The notes: generated from the sequence alone by a model not told the origin. DNA of 59,142 nt from an uncultured virus (IMG/VR IMGVR_UViG_3300028048_000084) (IMGVR_UViG_3300028048_000084); one strand, 5' to 3'. Positions 11,341 through 21,411 are shown, counted from the stretch's first letter. Translations and numbers: made by a program.

Positions 11341-11739
11341 TTAGTCTGTAATAGGGTTTTCTTTGTGAAACTCTTTGTAATTCAGATTGAATACACCTGC
11401 TACGCTATCTGTAAGCGTTTTACGGATATTTACGAAAAGCGTTTCAATTCGTAAATGCTTTGCAAGACGCTTGTACACATAGCCATTTTTCGTCTGCCAA
11501 CGCATAACAAGTCGAACTGCATCCTTGCCATTATCACGCATTTTATTCGTGCGTTTATCTACCGCCGAATAAATGAGAACATCAACCTTCGGATTTTTTG
11601 TTGCCATACGATATACATATTCGTATGTATCAACTTCAGGAACAAAATTACCAATATAGGCAAGATGATAAACATCTGCCATTTTACGCATGGTCTGTAC
11701 AAACTGTGCTTTTGTGTATCGCGTGTATTTCGTAGCCAT
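11341..11739 (-). CDS. hypothetical protein
   Basis: AGGAGG RBS before MATKYTR; own promoter and terminator. Confidence 0.75.
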   Translation of the reverse strand: MATKYTRYTKAQFVQTMRKMADVYHLAYIGNFVPEVDTYEYVYRMATKNPKVDVLIYSAVDKRTNKMRDNGKDAVRLVMRWQTKNGYVYKRLAKHLRIETLFVNIRKTLTDSVAGVFNLNYKEFHKENPITD

Positions 11740-11900
11740 GATGTATTTCCTCCTGTATTTCAAACCGTGTTTCTCTCTATGGTTATATATTACCATAGAA
11801 CGGATATTTTGTCAAGAGGTTTTTTATAAAAAAAGATATTTTTATAAAACATTTTACAAATCCATACAAAAAAAGCAGATACACAAGCATCTGCCACAAA

Positions 11901-12062
11901 TCAGACCCAACGTTTAAGCTCACGCTTTACATCCCTCTCGCGCTTCTGATTGCGCTTATCGGGGATAACCTTGCAAGCATACTGATTACTTGCAAGACTA
12001 GCAAGCGTAGGACTTGCATGGTGAACTTTATGGCGGGCATTTGCTTTTTCAATATTTGTCAT
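11901..12062 (-). CDS. small basic protein (53 aa), weakly ArfA-like; absent from the ORF track
   Basis: GGAGG RBS; MTNIEKANARHKVHHASPTLASLASNQYACKVIPDKRNQKRERDVKRELKRWV. Confidence 0.65.
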   Translation of the reverse strand: MTNIEKANARHKVHHASPTLASLASNQYACKVIPDKRNQKRERDVKRELKRWV

Positions 12063-12180
12063 CTTAAATCTACCTCCAAAGTGTTTAACATTTTATTTCT
12101 CTCTATGGTTATATATTACCATATATAAATAACTTTGTCAACACTTTTTTTATAATTCTTCATATCGTATAGCTCATATG

Positions 12181-12360
12181 TTATTCCTCCATAATAGACA
12201 GCTGTGCAATTTCATAGGAATCTGTATGACGGTCAAAATCCATATTATCCTCCCTGAATTCATCTAAGGCTTTTTCTGCTTGTGAGTGCGTTCTGTAAGC
12301 GCAATTATTTAACACCATATCACCATCAGGAAACATATGTGCAATAATAATATAGACCAT
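12181..12360 (-). CDS. small hypothetical protein (59 aa); absent from the ORF track
   Basis: GGAGG RBS and promoter; MVYIIIAHMFPDG..AYRTHSQAEKAL, resembles 15409 and 21178. Confidence 0.65.
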   Translation of the reverse strand: MVYIIIAHMFPDGDMVLNNCAYRTHSQAEKALDEFREDNMDFDRHTDSYEIAQLSIMEE

Positions 12361-12444
12361 TTTGATTACCTCCCTTTCGATGGTTTAATATTACCACGCT
12401 CTAGTCTATTTGTCAACACTTTTTTTATAGATTTTGTAGGCAAT

Positions 12445-12861
12445 TTAATAATTATGAAGTGCCATAGCAACCATAGTCATTTGATTCGTCAATGCTTTAC
12501 GTTCTTCTTTATTCATCCGTTTGTATTTTGTAAAGAACTTTTCTTCACGTTCTTTTTCATGTTCAAAACCATCATGATATTTAGGTAATGAATTTAACTG
12601 GTTGAATTTGAAGTAAGAAAATTTATCAAGCATATTTTTTTCATTTACAGTTAAATTCTGCTTGCGACTATAGTAATAAATTTTTTCCTTGAACGTACTA
12701 AGAACTAATGATAGTTTATTCACATACAAAGTTGTTTCATTCCTGAATGTTGCCTGTCTATCTTTATCAGATTTGATATAATCCAAAACACCACAATAAT
12801 ATGCCATATCGTTGATATACTGATAAAATTCATCTACCATTTTATTATCTGTTACATTCAT
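12445..12861 (-). CDS. hypothetical protein
   Basis: ORF directly downstream of 12877. Confidence 0.6.
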   Translation of the reverse strand: MNVTDNKMVDEFYQYINDMAYYCGVLDYIKSDKDRQATFRNETTLYVNKLSLVLSTFKEKIYYYSRKQNLTVNEKNMLDKFSYFKFNQLNSLPKYHDGFEHEKEREEKFFTKYKRMNKEERKALTNQMTMVAMALHNY

Positions 12862-12876
12862 GATAAAACCGTTTCC

Positions 12877-13308
12877 TTATACTTCTTCTGTTTCTTTCAT
12901 CATTTGACCAACTGATTTTTTCATAAAATCATAGCCTTTTTTCATTTTTGTTTCTGAATTGAAAGTTTCATCATGAATTAACTCATCAATCGTTTTTTGC
13001 TTTAATAGTTCTATTTCTTTGTTCATTTTATCAGAAAACATAAAATGGCTATATTTTTGATTGATTATCATACTAATCTGACGCTTGACCACTTTAGTAT
13101 AATTACTACGTAAGTGCCTTGTGGCACTAAATTTTTTTCTTTTTGTGTTAATACCATTGGCTAACTTATTTAGGTATTTGCATTTACCTAAATTGAACCT
13201 AATTTCCTCCATCTGTTTATATAGTTTTTTAGATGTTTGAACGTCCTTGTATGTTGCAATATCATTGTTGTCGTATTTCATATAAATTACTCCCCTTCGT
13301 ACATACAT
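12877..13308 (-). CDS. hypothetical basic protein
   Basis: ORF with promoter ~13325-13352. Confidence 0.6.
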   Translation of the reverse strand: MYVRRGVIYMKYDNNDIATYKDVQTSKKLYKQMEEIRFNLGKCKYLNKLANGINTKRKKFSATRHLRSNYTKVVKRQISMIINQKYSHFMFSDKMNKEIELLKQKTIDELIHDETFNSETKMKKGYDFMKKSVGQMMKETEEV

Positions 13309-13434
13309 TTCCTTTTGTACTTACAGTATACACGATTCATCGACAAAAGTCAAGCATTATTTTATTTATTTTCGTGTATAAAACATTTTACATAATATGC
13401 TAGGCATAGTTTTTGTAAAATGTTTTATTTTTAT

Positions 13435-13530
13435 ACGCGCTAGAAACGCGCTACAAACGGTAAAACAAGTTAGTGCATATAATTATACCTATTCTATCCT
13501 GTAATACGTTCTACGCCCATTCTAGCGTGT
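13435..13530. repeat. arm-core-arm palindromic site, copy 4
   Basis: core GCATATAATTATACCT at ~13476-13490; arms gctagaaacgcgctac / ctacgcccattctagc. Confidence 0.7.
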
Positions 13531-13578
13531 TTTAGACATATAAAAACAGGAGGGATTTTATTCCCTCCTGCCTATTTT

Positions 13579-14271
13579 TTATAGTTCCATCAAGAACCCT
13601 GCTTTTTTTGCTTTATTCTTTCCTACACCGTGAACTGGGAAACAAACAACAGATTTTCTGTCTTTTTTCCAACACTTACAACAGTTTACACATTGAATAT
13701 TTTTGTAAATTGTGGCAGGACATTGTGTAAACGTAATACCATCAACTTTACGTATTGCCTTGCTCATAGTATCAACCGCAAGAACGGCATTTACACCTGC
13801 TTTATGGCATTTCTTGACCTGCTCAATGTTTTCGCAAGAAAAATTGATAATAAAGCCTGCTTTTCTTGCTTCTTTCACGATTGCAATGTTGCGTTCACTA
13901 GGTACACAATGTGTGTAAGTGTAAACGATATGACCTTTATACGCTTGCATAAGCGTATGTACAAGTTTTTCGTCGATATTGCTTGTTCCTTCTTTAGCAA
14001 TATCGCCAGCTACATTATGACGAATAACAGGTGTGCAGGGATTATTTTCAACTACCTGTTTCAAATTTTCTGGAGTAGTAACATTGTTGCCCTCTCCCCT
14101 GTCAACTTTGCGCCAATGAATAGCGCAAGGTCCAGACTTTGCATAGCAACCGTTGCACTTAAATTTGCAACTGGTTGGGCAGGTGTTACTTGAAGTATAT
14201 GTTTGTGACATAGCACCTGTCTTGATGTTTTTAGAATTAGAAACGAATTTGATAAAAGTCTGCGTTGCCAT
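13579..14271 (-). CDS. Cys-rich phage protein of GP88/radical-SAM-like type
   Basis: N.KTG, TCPTSC...GCYA, RHNVAGD, YTYTH, CPA...C..C..C motifs. Confidence 0.6.
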   Translation of the reverse strand: MATQTFIKFVSNSKNIKTGAMSQTYTSSNTCPTSCKFKCNGCYAKSGPCAIHWRKVDRGEGNNVTTPENLKQVVENNPCTPVIRHNVAGDIAKEGTSNIDEKLVHTLMQAYKGHIVYTYTHCVPSERNIAIVKEARKAGFIINFSCENIEQVKKCHKAGVNAVLAVDTMSKAIRKVDGITFTQCPATIYKNIQCVNCCKCWKKDRKSVVCFPVHGVGKNKAKKAGFLMEL

Positions 14272-14574
14272 TTTGAATTACCTCCATTGTTGAACCGTTC
14301 GATTAGGTTTCTCTATTTCCCTAACCTTTGATTACATTATAACTCTTGTTCGTTCTTTTGTCAAGAGGTTTTTTATATTTTTGATTTTTTCTTTTTCCCT
14401 CTGACAGTTATTATATTACACCTATAATAACTTATTGTCAAGCATTTTTGTATAAACTTTTTTTGCGAATAGACGATATAAAACATTTTACAATCAGTTT
14501 GTGTATAGTGCATTATGTAAAATGTTTTATGTTTTTGGCAAAATAAAAAAGCAGGCTTTCGCCCGCCTTTTATA

Positions 14575-14772
14575 TTAGAAACCGCTATTCTGATAATCGA
14601 TAATCATTTGTTCTGTCTCCTTCATCAAATCTTCATACTCTGAAAGTGAGCAAGCGTGCATAGCACCAAACAGTAAACAATTAATGTCTCCTGCCAAACC
14701 GTCATTGTGTTTGGCAATTTCGGAAATTGCAATTTCCATATCTGCTACCGTCATCATTGTACTTACCTCCAC
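14575..14772 (-). CDS. small hypothetical protein
   Basis: GGAGG RBS, promoter, terminator. Confidence 0.65.
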   Translation of the reverse strand: MEVSTMMTVADMEIAISEIAKHNDGLAGDINCLLFGAMHACSLSEYEDLMKETEQMIIDYQNSGF

Positions 14773-14934
14773 TTGAACTCTTTGTTTTCCTATCTATGGT
14801 TATAGTATAGCAAATATAGATATATTTGTCAAGAACTTTTTTATAAAAAAATAAAAAATTTTTATACATAAAACATTTTACATAATCGCCTATATAAAAA
14901 TACCCTGCTAGTAGAGTTAGCAAGGTATCAATAA

Positions 14935-15276
14935 TTAGTCTACATATGTTACATAGCGCGTATATGCAAATTCTTTATTAGCAGGGTCATTTTGAAGTTT
15001 TTTGAATTTACCGACAAGACAGAAAACTTTGGCATCCTCTGTATTGTTATATAAAAAATTGTCAATTTTATTAAGTTTCATCTTCTCTGTAAATACCTTT
15101 TCAATGGCTTTTTTCTTGCGTTCGGAACACTTAATCCACTTTGCATTATCCTCATTTTCAACAATGTTAAAAACACCATTGATAGCAGGAAAGTGCATTT
15201 TGTTTGTCATATCAATCATTGGATAATACCTCCTGTAGAACAACAACCTGTATTTGATTTCTCTCTTAGTATACAT
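14935..15276 (-). CDS. hypothetical protein (likely start at MIDMTNK)
   Basis: AGGAGG RBS at ~15230. Confidence 0.65.
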   Translation of the reverse strand: MYTKREIKYRLLFYRRYYPMIDMTNKMHFPAINGVFNIVENEDNAKWIKCSERKKKAIEKVFTEKMKLNKIDNFLYNNTEDAKVFCLVGKFKKLQNDPANKEFAYTRYVTYVD

Positions 15277-15408
15277 CTACTGTCAATTCAATTCAACAGA
15301 TATACGATTATAGATTGAATAAAATTATATTAGAAAAATTGGCATAGTTAATTATGTATAAAACATTTTACAAAAAGCACCCTATGATTTTTCATAAGGT
15401 GCTTTCGT

Positions 15409-15639
15409 TTAATCCTGTGTTTTTACTTCTTCAAAATGCAACCACTTATCCCACGTTGCATCCATATAATCATTCTGCTCTAAGCAAGCGTGTAAATCTT
15501 TCCCCTCAAAATCTTCACCGTATTTTTCAATAGCACTTGACACAAACGCTTCAAACGCTTTCTGCGCGGTGTATTTATCACGATAATAAATATACTTTGC
15601 ATCACCCTGCACACATTTTGTAATTACATATAAATTCAT
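15409..15639 (-). CDS. small hypothetical protein similar to 21178..21411
   Basis: YVIT...D.YTAQKAF...CLE vs WVVT...DKEKAKNMF...CME. Confidence 0.65.
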   Translation of the reverse strand: MNLYVITKCVQGDAKYIYYRDKYTAQKAFEAFVSSAIEKYGEDFEGKDLHACLEQNDYMDATWDKWLHFEEVKTQD

Positions 15640-15839
15640 AATTTACACTCCGTTATATTCATTTTCTGTTTATGGAATAATTTTTCAATTTTATTATACA
15701 CGATTTTTGGTATTTTGTTCTTTGCTTCGTTTAATGTTGAACTACTACCACGCTCCAGCAAAAGAAAAAGGTCGTTTTCAACCAAATCCCTTATTCCGGG
15801 AATCGATTGAGCCCGACCTTTTTCAACCTCAAATTTCAT

Positions 15840-16133
15840 TTACCCGATATAATACCATTCATTATAACAATTCCTCACGCTATCCATAGTCATCGTCAAA
15901 GGTGCGTTTGTTCCATCACCACGGATAATTTCAAACTGTGTATTACCAATAGATTTTTTCAAACGATTGTTTACCCAACTATCCATAGTCAGATTACCTG
16001 CAAATTTACGTTCATAAGAATAATCATTAAATTGTTGTTTATCGCTTTTAGCGCGAATAACAACTGTAATATTTTCAATATCTTTAATTTTGCGCTCAAT
16101 TTCTATAGCAGTAAACATAATGATAACCTCCAA
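15840..16133 (-). CDS. hypothetical protein
   Basis: GGAGG RBS and promoter. Confidence 0.65.
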   Translation of the reverse strand: MEVIIMFTAIEIERKIKDIENITVVIRAKSDKQQFNDYSYERKFAGNLTMDSWVNNRLKKSIGNTQFEIIRGDGTNAPLTMTMDSVRNCYNEWYYIG

Positions 16134-16316
16134 TTACATATCAACTGTATATTCTTTGTTCAATTTCTATATATAGTATAGCATACACAAAATTACTTGT
16201 CAATAGTGTTTTGAAAAAATCTAAAATGTTTTGTAGAACATGCGTTAAATTGAATAAAACATTTTACAAAGGCGCATAACAAAAAAAAGAGGGTTTCCCC
16301 CTCTAAGATGTTTTAT

Positions 16317-16401
16317 CAAAATGAAAAACCCCCCACTTCTAAGCTACAAGGTCAGCCGATAGGCTGAGTGAATAGCCTCTACAGGTGGGGGAGGAAGTCA
16401 A
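16317..16401 (+). mobile_element. 85-bp IS200/IS605-family miniature element (left and right ends fused)
   Basis: preceded by TTTAT; left-end-like CCCCCACTTCTAAG, right-end-like AGGTGGGGGAGGAAGTCAA, matching the ends of the 18710 and 41142 elements. Confidence 0.65.
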
Positions 16402-16889
16402 TTTAGTTCATACGAATATGTTTCGTTTGGCATCCAAAGGTGGAAAGTAAGAATATACTCTGTTTCGTATTCTTCTTCGTATTCTTCCCCTTCGTCATCT
16501 TCTTCCGTCTCTGTATACGTTTCAGTTTCCGTATACAATTCCTGTTGTTCCAATCCTTCTCCCCAACCATCGGAATACTGTCCTTCTGTGTATTCGACCA
16601 ATTTTTCTGCTTCTTCATCTGTTACATCATGGTCAAATACAAATGTCATTTTCGTATTGCCATTATCATCCATTTCAAAATCAACAGACTTCGTACCTGT
16701 CTGCTCCTTGAAAATAGCGAAAACCTCTTTTTTATCTTCTTCGACAATCCCCTGTAACTTTTCCCACGCTTCAGGATAAAATTCCATCACGTCTTTTACA
16801 GAAATTTCATTTTCTGCACTATTGTAACCATTGTCATAGTCAGTCATAACAAAATGTGCTTTGCCTTTAACAATAACCGTGTTAGCCAT
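16398..16889 (-). CDS. highly acidic hypothetical protein (GQYSDGWGEG motif)
   Basis: long E/D tract ETEEDDEGEEYEEEYE; own promoter and RBS. Confidence 0.75.
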   Translation of the reverse strand: MANTVIVKGKAHFVMTDYDNGYNSAENEISVKDVMEFYPEAWEKLQGIVEEDKKEVFAIFKEQTGTKSVDFEMDDNGNTKMTFVFDHDVTDEEAEKLVEYTEGQYSDGWGEGLEQQELYTETETYTETEEDDEGEEYEEEYETEYILTFHLWMPNETYSYELN

Positions 16890-17052
16890 GATTGCATTTT
16901 CCTTTCTTTTTTAAACCTTTGTTTTCTCTCTATGGTTATATATTACTACAAAACGATGGATTTGTCAAGAAACTTTTTATGTATACAAAAAAATAAAACA
17001 TTTTACAGAGTGAATAGTGACATTCTGTAAAATGTTTTATAAGTTAGATATT

Positions 17053-17358
17053 TTATTTTGCATATTTCGTTTGTGCATATTTCATACCTTTTGAATATTC
17101 ATCTGTAAACGGTTTATTTGTGTTGTAAATATTCAAGTAGTAGTTATATATACTCTGCATTTGATAATGGGCTAGAGCAAGCAATAGACCGTAATAAACA
17201 CCATCATACCATCTTATTTTATCCCTCAAATTATCCATATTATCTATATCGTTGTTTCGTTCATACACTTGATACTGTCCACGAATAAAGCTCAATTTGC
17301 TCCACGCACTATCTAATTGATTTGTAATTGTTTTTAATTCTGCTTTTGATGTTTCCAT
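17053..17358 (-). CDS. hypothetical protein (start METSKAE)
   Basis: GGTGA RBS; the upstream ORF-track extension crosses a terminator and repeats and is spurious. Confidence 0.6.
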   Translation of the reverse strand: METSKAELKTITNQLDSAWSKLSFIRGQYQVYERNNDIDNMDNLRDKIRWYDGVYYGLLLALAHYQMQSIYNYYLNIYNTNKPFTDEYSKGMKYAQTKYAK

Positions 17359-17481
17359 ATATATTTCACCTACCATAATTTTTATGTCAATAATATAAAT
17401 AACGCTAGTGACTGCTTTTATAATCACTAGCGTTATAACATAGTGTAGGTTGTAAAATGTTTTATGGAAAATGAACAATAT

Positions 17482-17870
17482 AAAAACCGTGCGGATATGG
17501 AAAATCCAGCACGGTTTCATTTGATTTAATAAATTTTTAATATATATAATTATAGTCGCTACATTGTTCTCAGCCTTCCCATCATGGTTATTCACGCTAA
17601 CCTAGAAGTTTATTTCGGCATTTTTAATAAATTTATTTTAATTATAGTTATTCATGCTACGGTTTATTGTTTGCTTTTTTCATAATCTAATCCCCATTGT
17701 ACTTATAAATTGTTATCATGTTGACATTTTTAACACGTCCACATACAAAAGCGTGCTTTTTGTCAACATACCAGCAAAAGCATTATCTGTGTTTTAATTG
17801 CCCATTGGTATCATCCCCTCTCTTTCATCTTATGCCTTTATTCTAACACATCTTGATTACTTTGTCAAGT
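17482..17870 (-). ncRNA. putative non-coding/minigene transcription unit 3
   Basis: promoter TTGACA-N17-TAGAAT; modules and terminator homologous to the 10515 locus. Confidence 0.5.
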
Positions 17871-17877
17871 ATTTTTT

Positions 17878-18156
17878 TTACATGCCTAATGCTTTGAGTA
17901 TATTGTCAATAACATAATCCCAATCCGTAATTGCAAACAAGGTAATAATCGTGCTGATTACAATATCCTTTAACACTTGACGATTATGATTACGGCTGAC
18001 AACTTTCTTCATATAATTATCCCAACGCAAGTCTGCCTGTGCCTGTGCATAAACATCCTCTTTGCTCATTTTGTTCATATAGTTCTGATACATGATAACC
18101 AATTCCTTTCTACTTTGCTTGTCTCTGTTTTCCTTTCGATGGTTATATAATACCAT
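17878..18156 (-). CDS. small membrane protein
   Basis: C-terminal hydrophobic segment IVISTIITLFAI. Confidence 0.6.
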   Translation of the reverse strand: MVLYNHRKENRDKQSRKELVIMYQNYMNKMSKEDVYAQAQADLRWDNYMKKVVSRNHNRQVLKDIVISTIITLFAITDWDYVIDNILKALGM

Positions 18157-18294
18157 ACTGTGATATGTTTGTCAAGAACTTTTTTATAAAAAAATAGAAA
18201 ACTTTTTATCGCATAGTGACACTATAAAACATTTTACAATTCATCGTGCAATAAAAAAATCCTGTATGGATTTTTCACCATACAGGATAGGTTT

Positions 18295-18588
18295 TTACGA
18301 TACCCAATCATTTTTATAGTTCTTATAGAGATTATGACAAATCAGATTACCGCTAATTCCAATGTTATGAAACAAGCACAATTTGCCATTCGTTTTTTCA
18401 ACGATAGCATTATGAACATCTACAAGATACTGAAAAACAGTATCATCTACGATGTCATGAAACTTATCATAGTTCGTTCCTTTCGGGATTCCAACCATCA
18501 ACTGCTTATCCGTATAATCGGACGTAGCATTGATAACATATCCATTTTCGACAGGGTGGTTATGCCAAGTAAGTTTTTCCTTCATCAT
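18295..18588 (-). CDS. hypothetical protein
   Basis: promoter, RBS, terminator. Confidence 0.65.
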   Translation of the reverse strand: MMKEKLTWHNHPVENGYVINATSDYTDKQLMVGIPKGTNYDKFHDIVDDTVFQYLVDVHNAIVEKTNGKLCLFHNIGISGNLICHNLYKNYKNDWVS

Positions 18589-18709
18589 TTTAATCTACCT
18601 TCCTTGAACTGTTCTCTGTTGTTCTCTATGATTATATATTACTACATATAAACCATTTTGTCAATAGATTTTTTATATCTATGAAAGAAAAATTTTGACA
18701 TGTATAAAT

Positions 18710-19058
18710 TTGACATCCTCTCCCACCTCTTTAGGTTGGAGATTCCTACTTCTCAGACCGTAGCGTATGTGATTTCATCACATTTCGTCTTACACAATCT
18801 CCATAGGCTTAGTTTTATACTGATTCCGCAAGCCCTGCGGTACAGTTTTTATATGGTTTAGGCTACTGAAAGTAGCCTTTTACCATCTTTTAAGATATTT
18901 GAATTTGTATACTTTTAGCATTTTGTTTTACCTCCTTTGTTTAAATTGTATCACTATTTGTGAAAATAGTCAAGAGTTAATATTAGTCATCCCCCACTTT
19001 CGTTACTCGGTAGCCTAACGGCTACCTCTTAACTTAGAAGTGGAGGTATTCTCTTACG
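18710..19058 (-). mobile_element. tnpB: internally deleted IS200/IS605 (tnpB-type) element retaining left end, promoter, tnpB N/C stubs and omegaRNA-like right end
   Basis: TTTAT, then left-end hairpin, TTGACT-N17-TACAAT, AGGAGG, MLKVYKFK (TnpB-like N-terminus) joined out of frame to a ..ILKDGKRLLSVA* C-terminal stub, a structured tail, and ...GAGGATGTCAA. Confidence 0.8.
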
Positions 19059-19068
19059 ATAAAACATT

Positions 19069-19716
19069 TTACAAACCGCGATATAAATATGTAGCACGTA
19101 ACATTTTATAGTAAAAATCTGTTTGATATACTTTATCACACATCATAGGAATAACTACATAAATAAAAAAGAACTGTTCTCTTGTATTAATGTTATTAGC
19201 ATTGAATGTATTTACAAAACATTTTGCCATATTATCATAGTTATATAGTTCAAATAGATTTTTCAAACACAAGGAAAAATGATTATTTATACATTCCTCT
19301 GTACTTTGATAAGTTATACTATTTTTATTATAGTTAGTACCAAAATAAAATCTGTTTTGAATTTTTTCCTGTTTATCATATACTAGGCGTTTTGTTTTTG
19401 TATTATACTTTTTAATACGAAATCCCTGCACCAAACAATAAGATATATCGTATTTTTGTACCACTCTCATATACACATACAAATTTATTTGTACAAAAAA
19501 AACTATATCACCATACCTTACATGAGTTATCATATATCCTTTTTGTTTGAGTATATATTGATACCGGTTCATGTAATATCCATGTAAAATATCGTCTAAT
19601 TCTGTTGATTGATGGATTCTTGTAAACACTCTATCCATCTGTAGTGAACTATAGTCAACGAATGGTAGTATCATTGTTTTTTTCATTCTGCTATACCTCC
19701 AAAACAAGTATAACAA
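19069..19716 (-). CDS. hypothetical protein
   Basis: 215-aa ORF, GGAGG before MKKTM. Confidence 0.6.
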   Translation of the reverse strand: MLYLFWRYSRMKKTMILPFVDYSSLQMDRVFTRIHQSTELDDILHGYYMNRYQYILKQKGYMITHVRYGDIVFFVQINLYVYMRVVQKYDISYCLVQGFRIKKYNTKTKRLVYDKQEKIQNRFYFGTNYNKNSITYQSTEECINNHFSLCLKNLFELYNYDNMAKCFVNTFNANNINTREQFFFIYVVIPMMCDKVYQTDFYYKMLRATYLYRGL

Positions 19717-19762
19717 AAAAAACAGATATTTGTCAAAGTCAAATATCTGTCAATGAAACATT

Positions 19763-20251
19763 TTACATACCATTGAATAATATATGAACATGTTCTTTTT
19801 CTGTCTTGAAATTATGTTCATACCAATGAGGAATATAAAAATTGAATATTTCAAACAAATCTATTGTACTGAAATTCAGTCTAGCGGATTGAAATTTAAG
19901 TAGCATCATAGTACAAAAATCTTTAATATTCATTTCTTTTTTTGCCCAATAGTTATATTTGCGATAAAAGAAATAATCTCTATTCTTTCGTTCTCTACCG
20001 ATTTTTGCGCGTCTAATTCTTACTGTATAAAACGTGTCTATTCCTCTAAAAGATGATTGTGGATATTGTCTAAATTGCTCAATAAACCAGACAAAATAAA
20101 TAATTCCTCTTATCTTTATTCGTAATTCATAACCATTATAACACACTTGTGCATGATAATAGCTTTTATCAATATTATATAATTTGTTAATGTGCTTACA
20201 AGATATAATATTTTCATCTAACGCTTTTTTATTGATTGATAAAACTTCCAT
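19763..20251 (-). CDS. hypothetical protein
   Basis: ORF overlapping the end of 20229..21107. Confidence 0.55.
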   Translation of the reverse strand: MEVLSINKKALDENIISCKHINKLYNIDKSYYHAQVCYNGYELRIKIRGIIYFVWFIEQFRQYPQSSFRGIDTFYTVRIRRAKIGRERKNRDYFFYRKYNYWAKKEMNIKDFCTMMLLKFQSARLNFSTIDLFEIFNFYIPHWYEHNFKTEKEHVHILFNGM

Positions 20252-21107
20252 TTATCTGCTCCATTTCTTGTAAATCTTCGTAGGAATACCATATTTTAGG
20301 TGAACGAAAACTATCAATGAACCATAATATTTTTTTATGTTCTTCGTCTGCATATATAGCATTTACATCTTGATTATAATTTTTTTTATGAAGTATGTTT
20401 TGTATTTTTTCTTTTATTCCAAAATCTTCTGTTTTTATATGCAATTCATAATTTATTTTATCAAATTCGGTTTGTTTGTGTTCCATCAATTTAGATAACC
20501 TAGAGCGTATCAGAATAATTAAACCATCATAACAAAGTTTATTATAGATAAACCCATAACAAAATACAATATCTTTTTTCTTAAAAGCGATATACAAATC
20601 AATCAAATTTTGTAAATGTTCTTTTGTACACATGATACCAAATTCACTACTAGACCAAGCACTTACTAATTCTGCGGATGATTGATTATTATATAACATT
20701 TGTAATGGAAACAATTCTCTAGGCATAACATTTTTATCGTTATAAAATTTATAACGATTTTCATCTATACCCATAAAATAATAGCATGTTGTACCAAATT
20801 GTTTTCTTTTTAATATGTGCATTTGTGTTGATACATAATGTATTTGTCTGCTATCAAATCCGAATATTGGTTGATATATGTTTCTATTTTCAACAGACCA
20901 AAAATTTGTTTTTTCATATCCACTCATTACGTATGGAACACCGTTTTTAATGAACTGTGATATTTGTAAAATGTTTTGTAAAGGTTGTATACCTGCTTCT
21001 TGTTCTGCACAATGTCCGCAGGATAAATTTATCCCTGCTAAATATCTTTTATTCGTAGCATACAAATCATTAGTATATAGCCAATGAGGTTTGAATGTTC
21101 TTCGCAT
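20229..21107 (-). CDS. hypothetical protein
   Basis: 292-aa ORF with AAGGTGA RBS; HCAEQEAGI and AWSSSEFGI motifs. Confidence 0.7.
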   Translation of the reverse strand: MRRTFKPHWLYTNDLYATNKRYLAGINLSCGHCAEQEAGIQPLQNILQISQFIKNGVPYVMSGYEKTNFWSVENRNIYQPIFGFDSRQIHYVSTQMHILKRKQFGTTCYYFMGIDENRYKFYNDKNVMPRELFPLQMLYNNQSSAELVSAWSSSEFGIMCTKEHLQNLIDLYIAFKKKDIVFCYGFIYNKLCYDGLIILIRSRLSKLMEHKQTEFDKINYELHIKTEDFGIKEKIQNILHKKNYNQDVNAIYADEEHKKILWFIDSFRSPKIWYSYEDLQEMEQINGSFINQ

Positions 21108-21177
21108 ACTATCACCTTTTTATATTATAAAGGATATAAAACAAAATGGCAAGGGATTTATTTTTCCTTGCCTGTTC

Positions 21178-21411
21178 TTATGAAACTTCTTCTTCTTGCA
21201 TGGTGTAAATATACCATCCGTGATTACCAAACTGTGCATAACCATTCTCCATACAAGTCTGATAATCATTCCCCATCACATCTACATCGCCATCATCCAT
21301 CCATTCAGACAAATAATTGCCAAACATATTTTTAGCTTTTTCCTTATCCTTGAAAACTGATACATCCGTATCATCATTTGAACTAAAGCACGTTACAACC
21401 CAAACCTTCAT
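21178..21411 (-). CDS. small acidic hypothetical protein
   Basis: AGGAGG RBS and promoter. Confidence 0.7.
   Translation of the reverse strand: MKVWVVTCFSSNDDTDVSVFKDKEKAKNMFGNYLSEWMDDGDVDVMGNDYQTCMENGYAQFGNHGWYIYTMQEEEVS

Noticed and set aside
8070..17870. TAG recoding (genetic code 15) to explain the TAG-ended minigenes
   Set aside because: Reading through TAG gives only short low-complexity frames that soon hit TAA, and long genes are intact under code 11
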